From contig OX597815.1 of assembly GCA_951406725.2 (NCBI GenBank), positions 83,700,001-83,764,000 on the forward strand: a stretch of DNA of 64,000 nt, read 5' to 3'. This document shows positions 53,097-64,000 of the stretch, piece by piece. A model generated the notes under the pieces. The model was not told the origin of the DNA, did no database searches, and saw only the letters and a list, made by a program, of their open reading frames with translations. Both the position numbers and the translations under genes were made by a program. This DNA is from Octopus vulgaris. Taxonomy: Eukaryota. The number at the start of each line of letters is the position of its first letter. Position 1 is the first letter of the stretch.

Positions 53097-53191
53097 CTCC
53101 AAACATGAAGAAGGAGAAAACACAACAACGCGAGGACGTGGAACAAGTATAGTGTTATTGGACGCTCAGGAAAGGAAAGAAAGGAGGAGGA

Positions 53192-53225
53192 TTTAACGTT
53201 TCCAGCGGAGCTCTTCGTCAGAAAC
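53192..53225 (-). ncRNA. Minimal hammerhead motif in a 200-bp module (53093-53292)
   Basis: Minus: gttt CTGACGA a gagc tcc gctg GAAA cg TT aaa, with one stem II mismatch. Confidence 0.6.
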
Positions 53226-54654
53226 AGAAAATGGAAACGTCCAAGGAAAGGAAGACAGAGAAAGAAAATCGCCAACGATACACACGTGGTCATGCATACA
53301 TCCATGCCTACATACATACATACATACATACATACATACATACATACATACATACATACATACATACATGCATACATGCATACATACATACATACATACA
53401 TACATACATACATACATACATACATACATACACCCATACTACATGTCTATGAAAATGCAAATAATTTACCGTAAACATATATCTACACTTTGTAAAGTAT
53501 AGATGTACATATGCCTGTGTGTGTGTGTTTGTCTGTCTGACTGTCAGTGCGTGAGTGCGTGGAGGTGTGTGTATGACATATTGTGGTCCATAAATCTTGA
53601 AAATTCCAAAAAAATTAAAGTTTATCCAAATAATTACATATGTTTGCAAGTATTTTTTATAGTATGTAACAAAACAAATATACAGTTGTAATATAGAATA
53701 TCAAACTCTTATATAACTACATGTTGTAAGCAGACATATATACAAGACCCTCGTATATGTAAAGACAATTTTTGCAACTCCCATCCATATGTCACACCTG
53801 TACACACAGGTATACACACAAACGCACGATTGTGCGTATGTGTGTGTGTGTGTATGTATGTAGTTGCCTATGACCCTACATATAAACACATATGTGTATA
53901 TACATATGTAAGAAAAATGTCCAGTTCTTTGGTTTTGTGTTTATGTCGTCGTTTCTCATTGTGTTCGACGTTTTTTTTTTTTTGGTGTCCTGTACACATA
54001 TATGCATGTATATATACATATAGAGGTAGGTACGTATATATATGTATGTATATATGCATATGTTTTATTTATTAATTTATTATATGTATATGTATTACTA
54101 CACACACATATATTTGTAGTATATATGTGTCAGTGTGTGTGTGTGAGTGTATATGCGCGCGTGATTCATTATATACACAGATGCATCAGCAGAGATACTG
54201 AGTGCGCGCAAGAAAGCACGAGAGAAAATTAGCATTTCAAGAATAACTAATGGCTTTCGTATACCCTGGGAAATTTTGTTCTGATCCTTTCAGATCTATA
54301 TGGTTGTCTTTAGAATTCTATGTTCTATATCTTTGTCAGCTCTTGTATTCTTTGCACTGTAGTGACGTATAAAAAACGAAATGTTTTTATTTGTTATGGC
54401 GTATTCTTTTCAGCAAATTCCATATTTAATTGTTTTCAATTTATAATTATTTATAACTATATTCAAGTTAGATGATGTCTACATGCTAAATTCCTATTCT
54501 ATACTTTTGTTTCTGTCTACGTTTGCAAAATGCTTCTGCTTCTAAATGCATGTACGACTGATATTGGCATATCTAAACCGATACGCGTGAAAATCTAAAT
54601 TCCTTACATCTATTCCTTTGTATGCGCCTATACACAAAGACATGCACACACAGA

Positions 54655-54716
<62 letters not shown>

Positions 54717-54882
54717 TGATATATATATATATAAATATATATACATTGATATATATATATATATGTATGTGTGTATGTATGTATATATGTATATATACGT
54801 AGGTATATATATATATATATATGCATATATATACATATATATATGCGTATATATAGATATATATACATACATATACATACAT

Positions 54883-54915
<33 letters not shown>

Positions 54916-54999
54916 TATCTACATATATATACATATATACACATGTATATATATGTATATATACACACACATATATATACATATATATACATATATATA

Positions 55000-55042
<43 letters not shown>

Positions 55043-55090
55043 CGCTCGCATACAGGTATGTATGTATGTACTTACGTTTGTATGTATGGA
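54655..55090. repeat. (TA)n-derived low-complexity field
   Basis: Directly visible. Confidence 0.9.
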
Positions 55091-55435
55091 CGAATGATAT
55101 AACTGTCTCAGTGTTAATAATCATCAGTAGATGCACGCGTTTATATAAAAGATATATTTTCTGAGCCATGAGAATACAATATTTCAAAGGGAAAAGAAAA
55201 CCTGTGAATACATAACTTTCACGCATTTCATGAAGTAAATCGGTGCAGTAAGTGGAATTCTGTGAATGCAAACATGCATCAATTCCCATGTATATGATGT
55301 GTGTGTGTGTATGAGCATCTCTTTCATATATCTCTAATCTTTCTCCCTGCTCTCGCTGTCTCTCTCACATTTTCTCTCTTTTTTCCTCGGTATACATATA
55401 CATACCAATATGTACATATTTTTATATATATATAT

Positions 55436-55586
55436 ATCTGTAAATATAATATGTGACAATAACTCGGTAGCCATGATAAAACTCCGAGTTTCGGATGTCG
55501 GTGTGGAAATGTTCAGTTATCCGGCCATCAGAAGAAAAGTTTTATCTTAGCTACCGAATAATTGTACACATATTACATTTACAGAT
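55436..55586. mobile_element. ~150-bp hairpin MITE-like element in (TA)n
   Basis: atctgtaaatataatatgtgacaataactcggtagccatgataaaact versus agttttatcttagctaccgaataattgtacacatattacatttacagat. Confidence 0.8.
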
Positions 55587-55828
55587 ATATATAGATATAT
55601 ATCTATATCTATATATATATATATACACTCACATTTATATATATATGTATGTATATACGTATATACATACGCAAATCTGTCTCATCCACCCACTACCCTT
55701 GAGCTGTGCAAGGCGTGAGGATGAGTCGTCTGACACTTTCTGATTACGGTTCTACCAGTAGTAACCAAAACTAGCACGACCAACTATTGCTCTTTTTGTT
55801 GTCCACTCATCGTGTTGTGGGTTTATGC

Positions 55829-55945
55829 CTACGGGAGTCCGGTGAAATTTCAGGTTATATGACCAAATGAGGTTTGTTTTTCTACATAGTCCCACTTACA
55901 ATCAACACATTTCTACCATCACTGCTGCATTAATTGAATCAATGT
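55829..55945 (-). mobile_element. Mariner 3' end remnant
   Basis: Minus W*KCVDCKWDYVEK resembles the mariner C-terminus RWxKCxxxxGDYVEK, followed by a putative terminus near 55829. Confidence 0.55.
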
Positions 55946-56004
55946 TTGTTTTCCTCAATTGACCACTGACAGTCATATATTTGTATATCTCTCAATATGT
56001 ATAT

Positions 56005-56595
56005 ATACAGGCTGCGGTGAATATATTGACTAAATTACGCAAAAATGAAAATAACACTGACATCTCATTTTAATAGATATATTTCCCAAAATACATAAAC
56101 ATATTTTGAAATACGAAAGAGTAAATATATTCAATAAACTCGCCATTGGCTTCGACCACGGCCTCCAGAGGACTTCCGGATTTCCCACAACTCTTCTGGA
56201 AGGACGCCTTGTTTAAGTTGGTGAATGCTGCCATAATCCTTGTCTTCAGTTCATCTTTGCTGCTACAAAGATTTTTGTTGGTCTCTCGCTCAACTGCGCC
56301 CCACAAATAATAATCAAGGAAGTTGCAGTCTGAGGAGCTCGATGGTCAGATGTTGGGGGTGATGTGGTCGCAGAAATTGTCTGACAGCCATGACTGGGTT
56401 TTCCTTCCTGTGTAGCACGGTTCAGAGTCCTGTTGTCAGATATAGGGTCTTCCATCAGCCATCTTCTTGATCCAAAGCAGTACTACTTCCTTCAGGCACT
56501 TAATGTAGGCTTCTGTGTTGAGTCTCAGGTCGAGTGAGAAGATTAATGGAGGCATAATTAATGGAGTCATCACAAGTGATCAGTCCAAACATCAT
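56005..56595 (-). mobile_element. Tc1/mariner (maT/DD37D-like) transposase 3' fragment
   Basis: MPPLIF..LNTEAYIKCL..QQDSEPCY..TQSWLSDNF..SSDCNFLDYYLWGAVE..LEAVVEANGEFIE, terminus TA-CAGG near 56006. Confidence 0.85.
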
Positions 56596-56845
56596 TACTG
56601 GATGCCATTACTATTACACTTCCCCACCCCATGCTTTCCAATTATAGTCCATGTGTTAAAATCCCTACCCACTCTAGCATTAAAGTCACCCAGTACGATG
56701 AATTTGTCTGCTCGAGGGATATTTCTTATAACGTCCTTCAAAGCATGGTAGAAAGAAAGTTTTTCGTCATCAGTATAGCACATAGTTGGAGTATACACAC
56801 TCACCAAGGTCATATAATCTCCTTTAACCAAAGGAATTCTCATGG
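56595..56845 (-). mobile_element. RTE-clade AP-endonuclease fragment (inverted)
   Basis: RIPL..TLVSVYTPTM..EKLSFY..DKFIVLGDFNARVGRD..IIGKHGVGKCNSNG. Confidence 0.9.
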
Positions 56846-57245
56846 AAGGGTCTTCCTATGATGCTGACATGCAGTGTCTGTGCAAGACCCTGCCTCAGTA
56901 AAGCTGGACTAAAGAGTCATCTTCGTAGTCATAAAGCGAGACAGATGAGTGACAACATGGCCACTGGTGGTGGTGTTAGACACCATACTAATCATATCTA
57001 TCGGGCATGTGGAAGAGAGTGTTATTCGGCAGGAGGACTTAAACGAGATGCAAAGGTACATGAAGCCCAGTTACGACTACAGCCGGCTATTACCGATAAA
57101 GGTTTTAGTTACCAATTCTGTACAAGACATTGTAGATCTTTAGCTGGGCTAAAAAGTCACATTCGATCACAGCACCAGTAACAGTTAAGCTTCGTGAAAT
57201 GGCCATACTCGGTAACGAGTGGGCAGCCATCATGTATGTATGTAT
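56846..57245 (+). mobile_element. Probable RTE-clade LINE 3' end with three C2H2-like fingers and (ATGT)n tail
   Basis: CSVCARPCLSKAGLKSHLRSH, ACGRECYSAGGLKRDAKVH, FCTRHCRSLAGLKSHIRSQH*, short UTR with ctcg-gtaa-cgag hairpin and catgtatgtatgt tail. Confidence 0.7.
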
Positions 57246-57564
57246 ATAGTATACCATTTTTGTACGTAAATGTGTATGTTTCAGTTAAAACGCAGTTAAA
57301 CGCTGTGAAAATTTTCAGGGGATACACTGCAGTATTCGAATCTTTAGTCAGGTTTTGAATAAGAATTAATCTTGAATAGTAAACGACTTCAAGAATGCTT
57401 ATCACATCACAAAAATTGTAAAGAATTTCTTTTCTTCGTTAAAAAAAATCTGGTAGAACTGTTACGTATCTCTTGCACGCAAAAGATCATATAATGCAGC
57501 ATATTTTCCCAAATTTCACAAGGAATGTGCACTTTCATACCAGTCTCTCAATTTAATCAATAAA

Positions 57565-59080
57565 ACTTAGGGCCGTAACACTCTTCCAACTGATGTGACT
57601 GTGTCCACGTAGTTTTCAAGAGCAACGCTTACGATCCCTTCCAGAAATACATTGAAGAGATCAAGGAAGATGTATCCTTTCTGAACTGCTATGGTTGTGT
57701 AAAACTCCTGTTTCATGGTACATTGGATTGCTTCACATAAGATTGCTGGATCATATGAATGAATTTTCGTTCCATGTTCAGTTTCTTCCCTGACCCCCAT
57801 ACGCAATACTGTATGAAACACTTTCGCGATACTTAAGAAGACATGGTAATATTTTATGTTGATGTTGAAGATATTTCTTGTAGAGAGTATTGTTTCAAGA
57901 TCTCTTAGTGCTTTACCTTTAATAAAACCAACTTTTTCTTTGCTATGTTCTTTTCTACCTGATATTTCAGCCTATTGATGCCAACTCTTCGATAGCTAAT
58001 TTTTCTGATTGCACAATACTTCTGGTATTGTCGGAGATTGATTTGGAACATATTAGCTTCAGCAACTAAGTGAATGGCGTCGACAAGTCACCACTCAGCC
58101 ACATAATGTTGCAAATTGTCATAAGCATGCCAAAAGGAGACTCTCACCCAAACGTCATTAGATCAGCAGGGATTTTGTCAATGATAATGACATTCTGTGT
58201 GGAAGTGATCCGAAAGTGGTCTTAACCTTTTCTCGCATAATCGTTTTGTGAAGCTCAGTGTAAGTCTTTCGTGCGTCGTGTACGTCTAGATTCTCTCTAA
58301 TTAATTTTTTGTATGAATTTGAACTGTAGTCTGTCCAGTTACCGTTACTTTTAACTTTTCAGAAAGTTTCTTGTTTTCCAGTTTCCTTTCATGGTATTTA
58401 CTTATGGTATACTTTCTCTAAGAAGATCAATGCACTTCTTCTGTTCTTGTTGCTTGATGTCTCTGTTTAATATCTTTATTGTTTTTGCTACCCGACTTGA
58501 CTTTGATTCTATCATTTCCGTTTTAAGTTTCTTAGCGTCAATTTCGAATATTCGGGTTCCTTTGTTACATACTTATCAGCCTTCCATTTACTCCTTTTAC
58601 AATATATATCCAATATCTTGCTTGTGAACCTTAGTTTGGATTTGCGACATCGAATTTATATGTGATAATCAGGTCTTCTTTGAAATTTTCTTGCGTTAAA
58701 AACTTTACTCCAGTGTCTTCAAAGATAACAAGTTCTTCAAGTCTTATGAAGTCGAATCATATCCTGCTGTTTTTGTATTGTTGATTTTCCTCACATGCAC
58801 ACTGTACTTCATCATCACAAGATTAAAGTTACGAACCACGTCTACTTCAGTGAATATTCTCATTTTATGCTTATTTATTCCGCTTTTGATAACATCCTAG
58901 AAACATACATGGAAAACATTGTGCTTACCAAAGGTAGTTGACAAAACTATATTGTTACAACTGGCAAATGGTAGTTAATGTATTCCCGTCTTCTTTTGGG
59001 TACCATTGCATGAAGAGCCGGTGAAATTCCTTCTGTCATCTTGTGCACGCCTCTCCAAGTTGGTATTTCATTCATTTGTA
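57565..59080 (-). mobile_element. Decayed RTE/RTEX-type LINE (EN-linker-RT)
   Basis: NLVMMKYSVHV, YYHVFLSIAKVFHTV, FYTTIAVQKGYI..LFNVFLEGIVSVALENYVDTVTSVGR in expected order. Confidence 0.65.
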
Positions 59081-59470
59081 TATAGTTATTATGTCAGTTA
59101 TTGCTGACATTCTCAAGTTCTTAATACATTTAATTTTTTCATCGTTATAATATGTTATTGGGCGAGACAAAAAAACTTTCAAGCACGTACGTAAGTGATG
59201 GGGTTGCTTGCATGAGTGTATAAGAATATATATAAATATAAATGTGTATGTGTGTGTATGAATATGCGTGTGCGTCTGTATGTTTATGTATGTATATGTG
59301 TGTGTGTGTGCGTATGTGTCAGTTAAACATCTTTAGATGTGAAAGCTTCGGTCAGATTTTGAATGAAAACATATCTCGAATCAAATAAGGAGTATATAGG
59401 GACATTATTTGCTTCCTTTTTCAAAATAACTCCTCATATTGAACTCTAATATTTCTCTCTATTTAATCAA

Positions 59471-59514
59471 CTCTGATGAAGTGATATCCCTAATATCTCA
59501 GAAACAGCTGTGTC
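59471..59514 (+). ncRNA. Minimal hammerhead motif
   Basis: ct CTGATGA agt gatat cccta atatc tca GAAAC agct GT, with palindromic stem III acagctgt. Confidence 0.6.
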
Positions 59515-59727
59515 TAACCTTCTCTTTATAAATGTCCTGAAAATAATTCCACACAGCCACACAGTCTTGGCTTTGTCGTCTCATTTTATTTAAAATATAC
59601 ATGCTCAAACAAGATCCGCATTAGACTCCTGACTTGTATTATTATCGAACAGAGAGTTTAACTACGGTCCCTCCATAAAACTTACGTAGCGTTACCTGCC
59701 ACCATGGGTCTTCTGGATAACAATACT

Positions 59728-59762
<35 letters not shown>

Positions 59763-61699
59763 ACGGAAGTAGGGAAACCGGCCGTAATGTCTACATAGTG
59801 CTCGAGAGTATACCTTTCCATGTACTAATGTATGTATGTATGTATGTATGTATGCATGTATGTATGTATGTATGTATGTATGTAGTGCATTGCACAACGT
59901 GACCCAACATATCTTCCACGGCAGATTGCCCTTCCAGGTGGGGTCGGCTCCCCTCGCTGGAATCTGTAACTGATACTGAGTCATCCCTATGCATTCATTT
60001 ATCTACTTTATTTCTAACCCTAGCATAACTGTTTCTTCTGCACAACTGTAAATACTTGCAGATTCCAAACGAGCTTGCTTTGCCACTATGCAAAACGAAC
60101 CACTTCTCTCCATCCCAACTCTATACCCTTACAAACACGCTATTTTCCGTCTACTCATTTTTGCTTTTTTACGTCCATTTTTTTCTCCTCGCAAGTTTCA
60201 TACACACCTTTTCATTGATACACATTCTTTTACGCTGTTTCTCATTCTTAACTTTTCATACAAGCTGATGTCTCACCCCACTTTATTTTTCATGACTCAC
60301 CGAACGCCTATCATTTTTATCTCTACTTGAAGCGTCACACATTATTCGGCCATTTTCAATTCGATATTTGCAACTACGCTTCTTGATAACACACGCAAAC
60401 TTATTTTTTCCAGCTCGAATATTTATGTTGACAAATTTCTTTTATCATCCAAATGTGATATACATTCCATTTTCACACAACGTAATGCAGTAACTGTATA
60501 CTTTTTATTCGTATTTTTAATCATAATTCTGGAAATTACATTCACACGTATAATCCAAATACTAAACTCCTCAAATTGTTGATATATCATATGGGTATAA
60601 TATACTAAATGCTATGGCTTCATAGATCTAAGCATATCCAAGAAAAAGGGGTATGATATTCATAAAAATTATATTTCAGCACAAGGGAAATTGTGAGGCA
60701 ATGAAGGACTAGCAGGCCGCTTGGCCTGCTAGTCATAGTAGCCAAGTCTCCTCCAAATTGATATTCCACTATATTCAACAAAAAAACGAATACTCATGAC
60801 TGGAATGATATACCTGTGCGATCCAAGGTGTGTTAGAACTTAGACAGCCAAAAGCAACAACAACAGCATCAAAATTACATCAACCTTAAAAGTAAAAACT
60901 TCAGCATCAACAACAACAGCAATAAAGTCAGCGATAAAACTTACAATGATATGAGAATAGACAGGCATAATTGAGGGATTTGCAATTATAAAACTTCAGT
61001 TTTACCTTTGTAAATATCTCAAATAGGCATTTTTTTTTCCAAGTAGAAATATGTGTATTTTTTCTCACAGGTTCACTTACACTTTCCTATAATTAATAGG
61101 TGGAAGCGAATAACACCTCATGTTCGAGATTATTTATTTTATTTTCATTCAAAAGAAGATTAACTACAATTAAAAGAAAGTGTTGAAGAGAATTACCAGC
61201 TATCATTTCAATGAATATCGTCTGAGAGAATTTTAAAGATCAAGTTTTCAATGATGCAGAGATGAAAATAAATTGCAAATAACACTATGTAACACATGTT
61301 TTGGCTATCTAAATTTTTTTTTGGTATTAATACGCATTTTTTGGGGCGCTGATCTAAAAAACATTTTAGTTTTCGCATGTCGTCGATGTTTTCGGAAAAT
61401 AATTTTATTTTTGTATTAAACGATTACAAAATACAAATTTCGCCTTGGGCTAGGTGTTGGCGTCATTTTGACTCATACGTTAGTGCATAATAAATCAATT
61501 TCGTGTTTAATTTACTCAAAATTTTGCAATAAAAATTTTCAACGAGCATAAGTAACAAATTCGGAACTATATACTTCACTCAAAAATTATGTTTCTAACA
61601 TATAATTGACAATTGCAGAAAATAAGGAACAATTTCGAAGTTAAATGTTTCCTTAAAATCGAACTTCTTTTGCAATTGCTTTCTTTTCTAATCATTTCT

Positions 61700-62150
61700 A
61701 ACCAGAAACCGTATATAGTCTCCCGTTATTGATGGATTCTGTATTATTTACTCCATTGTGGTGATGTTTGAGCAAAACAATTCACCATGATCTCATTCAC
61801 GTCACCTAAGTTTTCGTACAAACGATCAGGATGTGAATACAGGAAATGCGATCTTAAAGACATAGTAGAATACTTTGTTCTCATAGCGTTGCACCTCCCC
61901 ATTCTCCTTGCAGTTAGGAAGCTTATAAGTCATCATACATCCATGAACAACTACGCAAAATGCACTACATACTTCCCTTTTGAACTTGGATCATTTTGGT
62001 TCAAGTTTCCGTAGCTTCACACTTACCTGAGGACCAACAAATATACACACTTTCGTACGGGCATCGAAGAGCTTTGGAGGCTTCAGACGAACTTCTTCAT
62101 GAGCCACATCTCCTTGGTCTAAGATTATTTAAAAGTATTCTTTCTTTCAC
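61700..62150 (-). mobile_element. Decayed CMC/Chapaev3-like transposase C-terminal half
   Basis: PKLFDARTKVCIFVGPQV..AFCVVVHG..MSLRSHFLYSHPDRLYENLGDVNE..HGE versus recalled FPKLSEAKIKEGIFVGPQI..MSLKIHFLHSHLDFFPENLGAVSDEHGERFH. Confidence 0.7.
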
Positions 62151-62169
62151 AATGTCATATGAAATGGAG

Positions 62170-63800
62170 TAACTAGACAGTCATTTCTGCTGTTGAGGTC
62201 ACTGAAGAAAGGGTGCCGAAAAAGGAGCCGGGGAACGAAGGATCAGCTCTTATTTCATAATCTAATTATCAGGAACTGCAAGAGAAGACATACAAGCTTG
62301 AGCATGGCATGGGTTGACTATCGCAAATCATACGATATGATAGCACACCCCTGGATGATAAAAACAATGGAAATGTATGGAGTAACAGAGAATATGAGAA
62401 GCTTTATAAGGAATAACATAAAATACTGGAGAAGGGAATTGACAGCAGAGAAGCAGGTACTAGAAGTGAAAATTAAGAGAGGAATCTTCCAGGGAGCAGT
62501 GTGTCCCCATTGATATTCGTGCTGAGAATGATCCACTTGAGTGAAATACTACAGAAAACAAAGTTGGGGCGTGAACTGGGAAGAGGTAAGGGAAAACTAA
62601 ACCACTTGCTATTCGTGGATGACCTGAAGCTATTCACAAAAAGTGAGACTAAACTGGACAGCCTAGTTGAGTCTGTGCGGATTTTCCCAATTGATATTAA
62701 GATGGAGTTTGGACTTTCAAAATGTACTTTGATTGTGATAAGACGAGGAAAGCTTGCCAGGACAGAAGGCATATGGTTGCTAGGTGGTGAAATGATGCAG
62801 GCAGTTCAACCTCAGTCCAGCTATAACTATTTGGGAATACTTGAAGCAGATGGAATCAAACACCTCGACAGGAAGAAAAATACCAAAAAGAGTAGCTGCG
62901 GCGAGTGAGCAAAATATTGTCTTCAAAGTTGAATACCAGACGTATAATTTCAGCAATAAACTCGCGCACAGTCGCAGTAGTTAGGAATGGCGCTGGAATC
63001 TTTGACTGGGCAGAGGAGGAGCTAAAGGAGATGGACAGGAAGTCAAAAAAGTTCCTAACGCTGCATCTACGTGCAAACAATGATCGCCTACACATGAGAA
63101 GAGCAAATGAAGGAAGGGGCTGGAAAAGTGTGGAAGAATGTGTGCGTATCGAACTCGAGAGTTTAATGAGATACCTAGCCCGAAGTAAAGAAACCTTGCT
63201 AGTGACAATTAGGAGCGAGGAAATATTGAGAGCACAGAAAAATAGGGAAAACAAAGGAAGGAGCAAAAAAGGAAATGAAGAAGAACTACACAAGAAGGGA
63301 CTACACAATCAATTCCATTTAGCCACAACAAAAGTTCCTGGAAAAGATAGGTGGGATTGGCTGATGAAAGGAACCTTAAAAAAAGAAACCGAGAGCTCTA
63401 TACTGGCAGCGCAGGACCAAGCTCTGACAACGAGTTTGAGTTTGAGAAATGAGCAAGTGTCTCCGCTGTGCCACATCTGCAATAGAGTGGATGAAACCAT
63501 TGATCGTAGCACGAACGAATTCCCTAGACTTGCCCAAAACCATCCTCAAGTTGTGGTGAAACGACCAGGTAGAACCTGTGCGAAAAGAGGGGGCGAAAGG
63601 GAAGCAAGATGTGGTATAAGCACAAACCGCAGAGCGTAACACAATCGGCGACTAGCAAAATCCTCTGGGATTCCGCAATCCAAAGAAACCGGATTTAGTG
63701 GTGGTGGACAAGGTGCATAACATATGTTATACAGTTGATTTTGCATGTCTCTTTGACCCAGGAACAGTCAAGAAGGAAGGTGCAAAGATATATAGATACA
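62170..63800 (+). mobile_element. R4/Dong LINE internal fragment (RT, Zn-knuckle, start of RLE), frameshifted
   Basis: [96 protein letters not shown]. Confidence 0.93.
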
Positions 63801-63802
63801 AC

Positions 63803-63864
63803 ACTCTATCAATCCGCGGACTTCATATATGTAACTCTATCAATCCATGAACTTCATATATGTA
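63803..63864. repeat. 31-bp tandem duplication
   Basis: actctatcaatccgcggacttcatatatgta and actctatcaatccatgaacttcatatatgta. Confidence 0.85.
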
Positions 63865-64000
63865 ACCTAAAAAAATTAGATGTGATGTAGAGAATCATCA
63901 GTTTCAAATATTTATAGGCCCTGCTTGTATATATAATACACACACACATACACACACACATACACACACACACATACACACATACACACACATACACACA

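Noticed and set aside
63803-63864. 31-bp direct repeats as CRISPR
   Set aside because: Two adjacent copies, no spacer, eukaryotic context.

Overview
AT-rich, microsatellite-dense eukaryotic non-coding DNA. The SINE families look like Octopus/coleoid cephalopod repeats (from memory, not database-checked). I found no intact host gene, rRNA, genuine tRNA or CRISPR array, and almost all listed ORFs are translations of simple repeats. The window is mostly decayed transposons: tRNA-headed SINEs (called A1/A2, B, C, D here), a nest of R4/Dong-type LINE 3' ends in (AAT)n tracts at 22-28 kb, CR1/L2-, RTE-, Tx1- and Penelope-type remnants, Tc1/mariner and Chapaev3-like fragments, and fold-back elements. 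The most interesting signals are: (1) six hammerhead-ribozyme-like cores in unrelated short modules, one behind a tRNA-like pol III head; (2) SINE tails that match LINE 3' ends in the same window (B with CR1/L2, A1 with Tx1), plus a hint that Tx1/A1 insert into SINE A heads; (3) a 414-bp near-perfect palindrome; (4) a non-coding (AAT)n-associated element linked twice to the same upstream fragment; (5) a 5'-inverted RTE insertion. All calls were made by eye and boundaries are approximate.
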